From contig OZ245003.1 of the NCBI GenBank assembly GCA_965223425.1, positions 64,001 through 128,000 on the forward strand: 64,000 bases of DNA. The letters run 5' to 3'. Below are positions 39,207 to 48,467 of the stretch, one piece after another. The stretch is from Nitrosopumilus sp. (GTDB lineage Archaea; Thermoproteota; Nitrososphaeria; Nitrososphaerales; Nitrosopumilaceae). The position numbers and the translations under genes are program-made. Numbering within the stretch: the stretch's first letter is position 1; every line of letters starts with the position of its first letter. The notes below the pieces were generated by a model that ran no database searches, was not told the DNA's origin, and was given only the letters and a program-made list of their open reading frames with translations.

Positions 39207-39830
39207 ATGGTGTTGGATAAAAGTCCTGAGCAGGTTTTAGATAATGGTTTAACACAAATTCAAAATGAATTTAGAGAAAATATGCCAAGCATGATACTAT
39301 GTTTGGAACCTTTCAATAAAACAGATTTTCTTAACAGGCTGATCAATTCTGTTGAGGATCCCATCATCTTTGTAGATATGGATTTGCTATACACTGGATA
39401 TGTTAAATCTGGAATGATTCAGGAAAAGAAAAATGTAACAATTTTTCATCCTGATAAGACAAGTTGGAAAGAAAAACTAGCTAAAGTCATAAGTAAGGTA
39501 TCAGACGAAAAATTCTTGGTTATAATTGACTCATTTAACGGGGTTTACAATATGTTTGATGATCTCGAGTCTGCCAGATTCATCAATTCATGCATCATGC
39601 TGCTTTCATCTATTGGAAGACAAACAGATTCATCCGTTGTTATAGCTGCAATGGTTAGAAAAAAAGAAGACGGAGAAATGGTCATATCACCAGGAGGAAA
39701 ACAAATCATAAGCTCAGAAAAAACTGGCATTTTTTTTCTGAAAAAAATTGGTGATGACTTGTTGTTAAGTACGTTAGAAGGCACAGATGTCAGTTCAAAA
39801 ACATTCAGGATAGAACAAGAAAATGATTAA
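39207..39830 (+). CDS. Hypothetical protein, degenerate RecA-like fold
   Basis: IIFVDMD and LVIIDSFNG Walker-B-like strands. Confidence 0.65.
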   Translation: MVLDKSPEQVLDNGLTQIQNEFRENMPSMILCLEPFNKTDFLNRLINSVEDPIIFVDMDLLYTGYVKSGMIQEKKNVTIFHPDKTSWKEKLAKVISKVSDEKFLVIIDSFNGVYNMFDDLESARFINSCIMLLSSIGRQTDSSVVIAAMVRKKEDGEMVISPGGKQIISSEKTGIFFLKKIGDDLLLSTLEGTDVSSKTFRIEQEND

Positions 39831-39850
39831 TTCGGTTTGGATGCGATCAG

Positions 39851-39891
39851 AATTTAGAAACGCCGTTATAAAATCAGAAACGCCGTTATAA
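39851..39891. repeat. 20-bp tandem direct repeat upstream of ferredoxin
   Basis: AGAAACGCCGTTATAA twice, 20-bp period. Confidence 0.8.
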
Positions 39892-39944
39892 CTCGAGAAT
39901 TTTAGGTAAATTATATTAAGACCAAATTAAGAATGAATTTTGTT

Positions 39945-40244
39945 ATGCCAGTAGGAATTATTCCAGACATCAGCGAACAAATGTGTATCGGATGTGCACT
40001 ATGTGTAGAAATCTGTACCACGTTGGGACCAGATGTACTCAGAGTAAAACCAGTTGAAGGCTGGAAGAGAGGTAAAGCATTTGTATTTTATCCAGAAAGA
40101 TGTATTTCTGATGGTGCATGCATCGGTGTATGCCCAACTAAAGCAATCTTTTGGATGAGACCAATGGACTTTACTGTTGGACAACCAGTTCCACTCTACA
40201 AGAACTCAGTCTTCGTTAAAGGTTGGACCGAATTAATCGATTAG
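39945..40244 (+). CDS. 4Fe-4S dicluster ferredoxin
   Basis: CIGCALCVEIC and CISDGACIGVCP. Confidence 0.93.
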   Translation: MPVGIIPDISEQMCIGCALCVEICTTLGPDVLRVKPVEGWKRGKAFVFYPERCISDGACIGVCPTKAIFWMRPMDFTVGQPVPLYKNSVFVKGWTELID

Positions 40245-40587
40245 ATTAGTTCAATCATTTTTTAATTTCTTTTTATTATTTTAGATTTTAACGGCATCTG
40301 GTTTGCTTTGTGAAATATTTGGCTTTTTCGGCTAGCTAGACATCATCATTCCTTGACACATTTGTAGATTACACTAGACGTATGGATCAGTTAGACTGAT
40401 GCCAAAAGGCATCCGTGAACAAAAAATACGGCCGCATGATCTATCCCGGTGCACAGAAGACTTTATGCACAATTGAATCGTTAAAATTTTTCCGAAAGAT
40501 TTAGATCCATTTTGATCGCCGCAACAGGTAATGGAATCTTCAGAACAGACTATACGCAGGCTGCAAAGGGAGCTCAAGCAAAAGGAC

Positions 40588-40671
40588 AGAGCAATCAAGC
40601 AGAACAACAGAGCAATCAAGCAGAACAACAGAGCAATCAAGCAGAACAACAGAGCAATCAAGCAAAAGGAC
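40588..40671 (+). repeat. 21-bp tandem repeat encoding heptad RAIKQNN
   Basis: AGAGCAATCAAGCAGAACAAC x3 plus one variant. Confidence 0.9.
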
Positions 40672-41004
40672 GCAGCAATCAGCAGGCGCGAGAAGACAAT
40701 TGGCCTGCTGCGCGAGCAGCTGCTGCGCGAGGACAGCCTGTGGGCCGTTACAGATGCAGGCCGCTCTGATACGGACACGTCGCTGCTACTGCACAGCAGG
40801 GAGGTGATCCACGGCATACTGCACAACAGCGCAAAGCTTGCAGGGATTACCGTATGACCTTGACCAGTTTGACTACACCTGCAATGACTTTGTGGTAGAG
40901 TCAAAGAGGCACAACAAAGACGCGCCGCTCTTTTCAGAGGACGAAACACCGGATCCCGGAAACCGCTGCCTGCTTGACCGCAGGTCCGTCCTGCTGCTTG
41001 CGCT

Positions 41005-41112
41005 GTTCCGCAAGCGCTCAAACGTGACGCAGGATGCACTCTAAAGTTAAAGAGCAAGCCCCTAATCAGCCTACAAGTTCCGCAAGCGCTCAAACGTGAC
41101 GCAGGATGCACT
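41005..41112. repeat. 36-bp direct repeat flanking a 36-bp unique insert (single repeat-spacer-repeat unit)
   Basis: GTTCCGCAAGCGCTCAAACGTGACGCAGGATGCACT at 41005-41040 and 41077-41112; insert 41041-41076. Confidence 0.9.
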
Positions 41113-42613
41113 GGGAGTGCTGTTTGATGTGGATCAGTCCACCGTGTGCAGGTACCTCAAGTTTGCAGATTCCGTGCTGGCAAAGATTCTGCCTACTGCA
41201 GACAGGATGACCCGTCTGGTAAAAAAGGCCGAGACATCAGAGCAGCTAGAGCAGCTAATGCCGGACAGAACCATCATAATTGACGGCACCGAGGTGGTGC
41301 CAAGGCAGCGTCCGCAGGACAAGGATAAAAGAAAAAACACGTACTCTGGCAAAAAGAAGCGCTTTACGATTAACACCACCATAACAACAAACAAGGCAGG
41401 CCTGATACTTGCAGCAGGCAGGTCCTTTGAGGGCGGGACGCACGACCTTGCCATGATAAGAGAGGATCCGACAGACTGGCAGGTGGTCTAAATCCATGTA
41501 CAAAAAAGACACTCCGGAAAAGGACAGGATACGGTGCTTGCAGACAAGGGGTACCAGGGATGCCAATCACTACGAGGGAATAGCACTTGAGATGCCGGAA
41601 AAAAAGAGGCCGCGGACGGAGCTGACGCAGCAGCAAAAGGACTCCAACAAAAGGATCAGCGCCAAGAGGGTAAAGGCGGGGCACGCCATCGGAAGAATAA
41701 AGCAGTGGGCAAGGATGACAGACCCGTACGACGGCACGGTAGAGGAGTTTCGCGAGGAGCTGGCTGTGTGTACCGGCCTTGCAAACTTTGGTTTGCTGTG
41801 GGATGCAAAAAGAAAGCGGCCGTCACTTGGTTATTGACGGTACGATACTGGGTGCATGATGATGATGATGATGATGACGCATCGCAAGAGTGCGCACGGA
41901 TTTCTAATTTCTGCGAATTTACAATGATCTTTTGCATCAAAATTAAATAATTTCCTGGACTGGCTTTGTGTGTCTTGGTAATGTATGCTGCAGAAAAAAT
42001 TTGACGGGTCAATTATGCATAAAGTCTATTGTATATGACGTCTCATCAAGTTTCAGGTATTTTGATCTGCCAATATTTTCTTTCCATGACTCTACCTCTG
42101 ACTCTAACGCTCCTCCTAATGCAAACAGCGCGTTTTGTATTGTTTTTTTGCAGATTGACGTGTCATACAGGCTTGCTGCCTCCCTGATTGAGTTCAGGCT
42201 GCAGCCTTGTTTATACATCGACATGATTATTGTCATGAGGTTCTTGCCAATCGATGTTCCGTCTATTCCGACCCGGGGCGTTGTGACACGTCCGCACCTG
42301 CAGGTGCAGTGCTGTATGACGTTGTTTGTGGATACGGTCCTTGGAATCTCCGGAATGTCGACTGTCATCTTTGTCGTGGTTTTTGTAACGGTAATGCCTT
42401 TGCTGCCGCACTTTGCGCATTTCTTTGGCCTGTGCACCGTTGTGTGACAAGGCCTTCTCTTGTGGGATGCGCCGACGTGGCCTGCCTTTGCTCCGCCCTT
42501 GTTTGGAGGGGAGGAGGAGGAGGAGGAGGAACCGCCTTTTGCACGGTCTGCCTTTTTTCGGCGCGTGGGAATGGAGTTTGCCGACGGCGGTGAGTGCGGA
42601 TTCTCGTAGAACG

Positions 42614-43746
42614 TAGTGAATTGGATTAACAATCGCTCACAAAACAGACAACATTATTCAACCACAAGATCTAGATCCCAGTGTATGGCAGAATCCGCAT
42701 GAAATACAACGATTCCATAGTAATACCGGCAGACAAAAGATTCCTGTCCGGCGTCTCCAGTGCGCGCCTGCGCAGCATGCAAAAAAAGGAGACAGATCCC
42801 AGGGCCGCAACAAGACTGCTGGCATATGCCATGCGCAAGGAGGGCATGTCCATACGCCGGATATGCATGGCCCTCAACAGGTCATATTCCACAGTACGGG
42901 GCTGGCTTGTGCGCGCCGCACAGCTTGGCACCGACGGCAGATACGACATCAAAAATGAAGGCGCGCCAAACAAGCTCGATCCGGAACAGATAGAACAGCT
43001 GCGCGCAGACCTGCTGGCAGGCCCGCGCAGTTGCGGCTTTGAGTCCGGAGTGTGGACGGCACCGCTGCTGGCCGTACACATCAGAAAAAAGTTCGGCGTG
43101 CAGTATGCCACTGTCAGCATATATGACATACTGCACAGGATGGGCTTTTCGTGCAGAAAGCCGCGTCCAAAGCACCCAAGTCAGCCTCAGAATCAGAGAA
43201 AAAAAAGTTTAAAAAAAAGCAGAGGAGATAATCCAGAGTCATCCAGACCATACGGTGATTACAGTTGACGAGGCCTCCTTTATCATTGGGTGGAATACCA
43301 AGAACGGGTGGTACCCCAAGGGCAGGCCCGTCACCACTCCAGTCAGCCTGTCGCGCAAAAGGTTCTACTCGTTTGGGGCGCTGTACGACGGCGGCTTTGA
43401 CTGCAGGTTCTATGCCAAGGCCGACAGCTACGGCTTTGTGGACATGCTCGGACACCTGCATCTCAAGCACGGCAAGATCATCGTCTTTCTTGATAACGCA
43501 TCGTACCACAAGTCAAAGATGGTCAATGATTTTGTCGACTCGTATGACGGCGACATAGTCCCTGTTTACTTGCCCGTGTACACCCCGGAGCTGAATACCA
43601 CGGAGGGGCAGTGGAGGCTGTTAAGAAGGGCCACTGCAAACGTGATGTATGAAAGCACAAAGGTGATGAAGGAATCCATATGGACAATGCTGTATAGACG
43701 TGAGGTCAGGATAACAAGGATGAGCGGTTATTTATCCTAGTCACTA
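42614..43746 (+). mobile_element. IS630 element (CG target) with frameshifted transposase
   Basis: Ends TAGTGA...TCACTA flanked by CG; close copy of 62845-63976 with two single-base deletions. Confidence 0.92.
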
Positions 43747-43915
43747 CGCTACGCGCCTCTTTAGTTCCGCTATTGTCAAATCCTTCTCGGCTTCCCTTGC
43801 CTGTAATTTTTTTACATCGCCTGCCAACTGGCTGACAATCTTTCGCAAGTTGTCGTTTTCAGCAAATGATTTTGCCAGAGCATCCCGTAATATCTTGATC
43901 TCCGAGTCACTCATT

Positions 43916-44014
43916 AGACCTTATGCGTAATCGACTAAAAATTCAAAATCAAATTGGTTTACTAAGGCAAAAATCATCTCGCAATATTAGTTTGATCGAT
44001 TATGCATAAGGTCT
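43916..44014. mobile_element. 99-bp IS5-type MITE, copy 2
   Basis: TSD ATT; empty site visible at 33901-33912. Confidence 0.93.
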
Positions 44015-44090
44015 ATTAGACAGAATCAGGGATCATCGAATTTGGATCAGTATGATCTAGAATGTTTGAGTTCGTGACTAACCTAGCCTC

Positions 44091-44423
44091 TTACGATTCT
44101 TCTTCTTTCCAGAACTCTTCACAAAAATCATCAAACATTTGTTCACGTTTTTCAGGATCTGCAGTGGCAAAGGTTTGAAGATCAGCATTAAGCAGAAAGT
44201 TTCTAATGTTATCAACTCCAATATCGTTTATTTCCATTATTTCAAACTGTTTTTTCAAGACATGATTTTGAAGCATTATACCATCAAACATAACGTCTAT
44301 TTTTTCCTCTAAACTTCCAGATTCATTAAATTTCTTTTTAAGATCTTTTCTAATCTTGTCTAGCATATCGTGCATCTTAAAAATATTCTCATCTAATTCA
44401 AAATCGATATCTTCCTCATCCAT
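44091..44423 (-). CDS. Acidic hypothetical protein, possibly truncated
   Basis: Its stop codon is supplied by the IS66 terminal GTAA. Confidence 0.55.
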   Translation of the reverse strand: MDEEDIDFELDENIFKMHDMLDKIRKDLKKKFNESGSLEEKIDVMFDGIMLQNHVLKKQFEIMEINDIGVDNIRNFLLNADLQTFATADPEKREQMFDDFCEEFWKEEES

Positions 44424-44506
44424 GATCTAACAAAAATTAAACTATGTCTTAAAGATGCTGATCACTGGATTTACCAGAACCTGATAATTTCATAAACTAA
44501 TTAGAT

Positions 44507-45583
44507 CTACTGTGGAGAATCAGGATCAGATGAATGAATTATAAAATCTATAGATTCGTTGACAAGCTGATAGAAAGTTCCCGCCCGGTCATAATCCACC
44601 CTCTGCTCTATATCTAGTTGAAAAGGCCTGTCATACATATGCGGACTATAATAACTAGTATTAATAAAAAATTCAAAAGTCCCGCCACGTGTATCAACCT
44701 CACATCTAGTATCTGAAAACTGCCAGACTTGACCACTAGCTATATGGTCTCTACAAACAGGTACAAGCAGATTTCCATCATTTGCCTCTCTAACGTCAAC
44801 TCTGTAAGTTACTTGTAGATCATCATGGTAACTTCCATCTTCATCATGCAGGTTCTCAGGAAGAGGGAAAAAACTGCCCGTAATCGTAATTATGTCACCG
44901 GCGACATATTCAGTTTTGTCAGTGGTCATATGAAAAGCATCCTGATTCATTGCCCTCGTTTTTTCTTGAAGGGCCATTAGTTCATTACCAATTATTGCCA
45001 TCTCTTTGGATTTCTCTATATACATTGCAGTCAATCTATCAATTTCGTTGGCAATTTGAGAAATAGTTTCAGTTTCCGGTTCCGGCTCTGGTGTTGGATC
45101 CGGCTCTGGTGTTGGATCCGGCTCTGGTGTTGGATCCGGCTCTGGTGTTGGATCAGGATCCAATATGGTAAGAGTTACACTATCAGTGTGGATCTCAACG
45201 GCCTCTCCATTCACGTAATCATAAAGAAAAGATTTTACCTCATACTCACCAGGAGGGCAATCAACCGATATTTCACTAATTCTAATTTCAGGATTTTCAT
45301 CCACTTTGTACATATAACGATAGTCACCCATGCCCCATCCCTCGCAGATTTCTCCAAGTCTAATATTCATGACATCAGCCCTGAAAATATAATCTGTGGT
45401 CTGTTTGTTGTTATCAAAGTCCAAATCATTGTATAGCATTGTGACGGTAACCAATTCACCTGCAGTTACTGAGTATCTTGTTAGCCCGATCTCAGTCGTA
45501 TCTGCAAAGGCCGGCATTGATAAATTAATCATAATAAATGCAAACGCTGCAATAATGACAATCTTGGGCATAGTGACCATCAT
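44507..45583 (-). CDS. Secreted/surface protein with PEPDPT linker
   Basis: Signal peptide (AFA), Pro-rich linker, TTDKTEYVAGDIITITG Ig-like module. Confidence 0.8.
   Translation of the reverse strand: MMVTMPKIVIIAAFAFIMINLSMPAFADTTEIGLTRYSVTAGELVTVTMLYNDLDFDNNKQTTDYIFRADVMNIRLGEICEGWGMGDYRYMYKVDENPEIRISEISVDCPPGEYEVKSFLYDYVNGEAVEIHTDSVTLTILDPDPTPEPDPTPEPDPTPEPDPTPEPEPETETISQIANEIDRLTAMYIEKSKEMAIIGNELMALQEKTRAMNQDAFHMTTDKTEYVAGDIITITGSFFPLPENLHDEDGSYHDDLQVTYRVDVREANDGNLLVPVCRDHIASGQVWQFSDTRCEVDTRGGTFEFFINTSYYSPHMYDRPFQLDIEQRVDYDRAGTFYQLVNESIDFIIHSSDPDSPQ
45081..45152. repeat. 18-bp tandem repeat x4
   Basis: TCCGGCTCTGGTGTTGGA x4, encoding the PEPDPT linker. Confidence 0.9.
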
Positions 45584-45861
45584 ACGCTATCTCTAAAACA
45601 CGTATTAATAAAGTGTAACATTTGTGATTTTTGTGATTTATTGAAAAAAAGTAAGTTTGGTAAGTCATGCGGTTAGCTGTTTTTATGGCTTACCGGACTT
45701 GCCTGTTATTGTGTGATTGATTAGTTTCTGCATCAGCTCGGATTTTGACATTTTGTTTTCATGTGCAGCTTGATCTACTGCCCTCCAAACGTCAGCAGGT
45801 AGGTGAAACCATACAACCGGCTTGATTAAAACTTTAAAGTTGAGTCAGGTTAACCTGCATT

Positions 45862-46365
45862 ATGCATCCTGTAGAAAAGGGCAACATGTTGCTATCTCGT
45901 GGCATGTTCAAAGAGGCGATGAAATTTTTCGACAAGGCAATCAAGATGGATCCGGACGATGAGAGAGGACACGGCGGCAAAGCTGTGGCACTTTTCAGCC
46001 TTGGCAGGTACAAGGAGGCAATCCCATACTATGACAAGTCGATCCAATGCGAGCCTTGCAGAGCAGCTACATATGGGGCAAAAGGGACGGCACTTGAGGA
46101 ACTCGGCAGGCTGGAGGAATCCCTGGAGTGTTATGACAAGGTGATCGAACTTGCGCCAAATGACATAGGGGGGTATTTTCGCAGGGCACTTGTGTCCGAA
46201 AGACTCGGCAGGCTGGAGGAGGCAATAGAGTATTATGACAAGGCAAGCACGGTAGAGCCTGATGATGATATCGGATACGAACTGCGCGAGAAGGCAAAAA
46301 AGACGCTTCAGATGATGATGAAGGTCATAGACGAATACGATCCAGATGCAACTGACCAGAGATAA
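45862..46365 (+). CDS. Tetratricopeptide-repeat protein
   Basis: Four 34-aa repeats of KG..L..LGR.EEA..YYDK.I...P type. Confidence 0.9.
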   Translation: MHPVEKGNMLLSRGMFKEAMKFFDKAIKMDPDDERGHGGKAVALFSLGRYKEAIPYYDKSIQCEPCRAATYGAKGTALEELGRLEESLECYDKVIELAPNDIGGYFRRALVSERLGRLEEAIEYYDKASTVEPDDDIGYELREKAKKTLQMMMKVIDEYDPDATDQR

Positions 46366-46504
46366 AATTATCAATCAGGAATTATTTGGCTACTTGTGTA
46401 CGTGAGACTTGTGTGTTGTTATGACCTATATGGAGATGCAGTTATCGTATGTTGTGGGCTTGCCAAGTACCAAGTGCTAGGGATTATTTTCAGAAAGGAT
46501 ACCA

Positions 46505-47659
46505 CTAGTTTCTGGAGAATCCAAATTTTGATGCCCAGCCATTTTTTTGTCTTTTAGCCGGCTTCTTTGAAAGATTGTCCAACATATCATACGTAATTGT
46601 AAATCCATACCCGACCATAGTGGCATCTTTTCCATAGCTTTCTTTGTTGGGGACAAATTTATCATCCAAGTCTTTGATTTTTTTGGTTTTTAGATCAAAC
46701 AACCTAATTTTCTTGCCGTTTTCAAGCTTGATGACTGCGTCACCGCTCAGTCCCTGAATTGAAAAGTTTTCAAAAAATCGTATCAGGCCGCCCTGCTTTA
46801 GTTCAATTACGGAATCATAGGTGAGTTTTCCTCCGTAGAACAAGATCTCACGTGCAGTTATTATTGCATCATCTTCCACATTAAGGACGATAACTGTATC
46901 AGCGTCAAGCGAAACAGTATTTGCCAGATTTTCAGCGACTATTCTTCCATTTGGAGCTGAAATGCGTGTTCGGTGTTCTTGAATTTGGAATACCCCAACT
47001 CGCCCCTCTGGATCTTCAACTCTAAATTTTCGACCAAAGACATTTCCCACTATGATGTCTCCGTCATCTACAACAATTCTGGCACCATTTTCAATTTTAT
47101 ATTTATTTTCTAAAGCATTGATAAATTTGAAATCTCCTTTAGTGAGATGTATGTTTGTCCTAAATTCTTGTGTCCATGATGGACTGGTGATGCTTCCCTG
47201 CATGATTATTGGCCCATCGTAGGTTAGACTTCCAGCCATAAAATTTCCTTTAATTGATAAAGCACCGTTTGCTTTTCTTTCCAGTTCAATTTCACCAAGG
47301 GTTTTTGATCCAAACAGTCTTGTGGCAGTCGAGTTTGATCTGTTCAATGCTGCTGCCCATTCTTCAGCAGTTTTCATTTCTTTTGACAACTCTTGACCTA
47401 AAATCTGATTTTTTCTTCTAACATCAGCTTCAGAATCGCCAGAATAAACTCTAGAGTTTTTTATTTTTTCAATATCTGTATCAGGATATTTTTTGCCGAT
47501 TTTGAGATCCTCATATGCCTGTTTAATTTTGATGAATTGGTCGTTTTCTCCGCCACGATCTGAGTGATATTGAAGAGCTAGGCGCCTAAATGCATCTCTA
47601 ATTTCCTTTTCAGTTGAACCCTCTACAATTCCCAAGATATCATAATTACTTTCCACCAT
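46505..47659 (-). CDS. J-domain (DnaJ-like) protein
   Basis: NYDILGI...AFRRLALQYHSDRGG...FIKIKQAY; HSD in place of HPD. Confidence 0.85.
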   Translation of the reverse strand: MVESNYDILGIVEGSTEKEIRDAFRRLALQYHSDRGGENDQFIKIKQAYEDLKIGKKYPDTDIEKIKNSRVYSGDSEADVRRKNQILGQELSKEMKTAEEWAAALNRSNSTATRLFGSKTLGEIELERKANGALSIKGNFMAGSLTYDGPIIMQGSITSPSWTQEFRTNIHLTKGDFKFINALENKYKIENGARIVVDDGDIIVGNVFGRKFRVEDPEGRVGVFQIQEHRTRISAPNGRIVAENLANTVSLDADTVIVLNVEDDAIITAREILFYGGKLTYDSVIELKQGGLIRFFENFSIQGLSGDAVIKLENGKKIRLFDLKTKKIKDLDDKFVPNKESYGKDATMVGYGFTITYDMLDNLSKKPAKRQKNGWASKFGFSRN

Positions 47660-47727
47660 ACTTACACCAGCTAGCTAATTTTTCACAATTCCTATACTTG
47701 TAGGTTATTGAACTGCTATGATAAAAT

Positions 47728-48387
47728 TTAGTTCTTTTTTGATTTCACTAGTGCTAATACCGCAATCGAAATTCCAACAATTCCAACTCCAATCCCAACA
47801 TATCCCACATTCGTTTGCTGTTTTGTTTGTTCTAGATTGCTTACCGATTCTTTCAAATCATGGATATCTCCAATCAATGTTGTGTGTCCATCAATTATTT
47901 GGGTTATTGTAAGATCTGATGGTTCAGGAAATTCAATGTAGCCACGTTCAGCAACAGGTGGCGGATGCATTGATAGGCTGATTGGGGTGTCTGCAATTGT
48001 TCCCAACATATTTGCTTGATAGTATCCAGCAACTGTCGGATTGACAAAGGCATAGTATTTTCCAGGGATGTTATGATCAGGGGAAAGTGGAAGCGTGATG
48101 CTTTCATCTTTGTAGATTAATTGCATTTTAACAGTTTTTTTCAGTCCTTTGACTCCATTTTGAAATTCCTGAGACTGTGCACATTTGATTGCTTCTGAAA
48201 TCCCAGAACACGGAACTAGTGGGCTAACATAGAACTCGATTGCATTTGTTTCTCCAGAAACGACAGGTTCATTCATCCAGCCAATTTCCACTCTATAGTC
48301 ACCAACAGAATCAATCGTGTGTCCGCTTGCAGTTACAACGAGACTTGGGAGAATCAGCAGGGATAACATTAAGAATTTTAATTCCAA
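47728..48387 (-). CDS. Membrane-anchored surface protein
   Basis: Signal peptide ending ASG-H, GWMNEP, C-terminal TM helix plus lysines. Confidence 0.75.
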   Translation of the reverse strand: MELKFLMLSLLILPSLVVTASGHTIDSVGDYRVEIGWMNEPVVSGETNAIEFYVSPLVPCSGISEAIKCAQSQEFQNGVKGLKKTVKMQLIYKDESITLPLSPDHNIPGKYYAFVNPTVAGYYQANMLGTIADTPISLSMHPPPVAERGYIEFPEPSDLTITQIIDGHTTLIGDIHDLKESVSNLEQTKQQTNVGYVGIGVGIVGISIAVLALVKSKKN

Positions 48388-48467
48388 TATTGAAAAAACC
48401 AGACATGATTTTAAAAATGTTCTATTTGTTTCCCTTAATTGAGTTTGAGTTTTGATGGTTGTACCAG

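Larger units (their letters stand above)
40458..42027 (+). mobile_element. IS5-family element with pseudogenised transposase (40531-41837)
   Basis: TIR AGACTTTATGCAcAATTGA / TCAATTATGCATAAAGTCT; TQDALGVLFDVDQSTV, IIDGTE, YSGKKK motifs; frameshifts and stops. Confidence 0.88.
42028..44094 (-). mobile_element. Second IS66 copy, truncated by IS5 and interrupted by IS630 and a MITE
   Basis: Near-identical to 33168-33983 apart from the insertions; end ACCTAGCCTCTTAC. Confidence 0.92.

Noticed and set aside
41005-41112. Bona fide CRISPR array
   Set aside because: Only two repeats, the repeat is transposase coding sequence, and no leader or cas genes are present; kept only as a possible off-target integration scar
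42681-43740. Programmed -1 frameshift in the IS630 transposase
   Set aside because: The sister copy 62912-63970 is one ORF, and this copy has two separate single-base deletions, so decay or sequencing error is more likely
45081-45152. CRISPR-like repeats
   Set aside because: Contiguous 18-bp units without spacers that encode a Pro-rich linker
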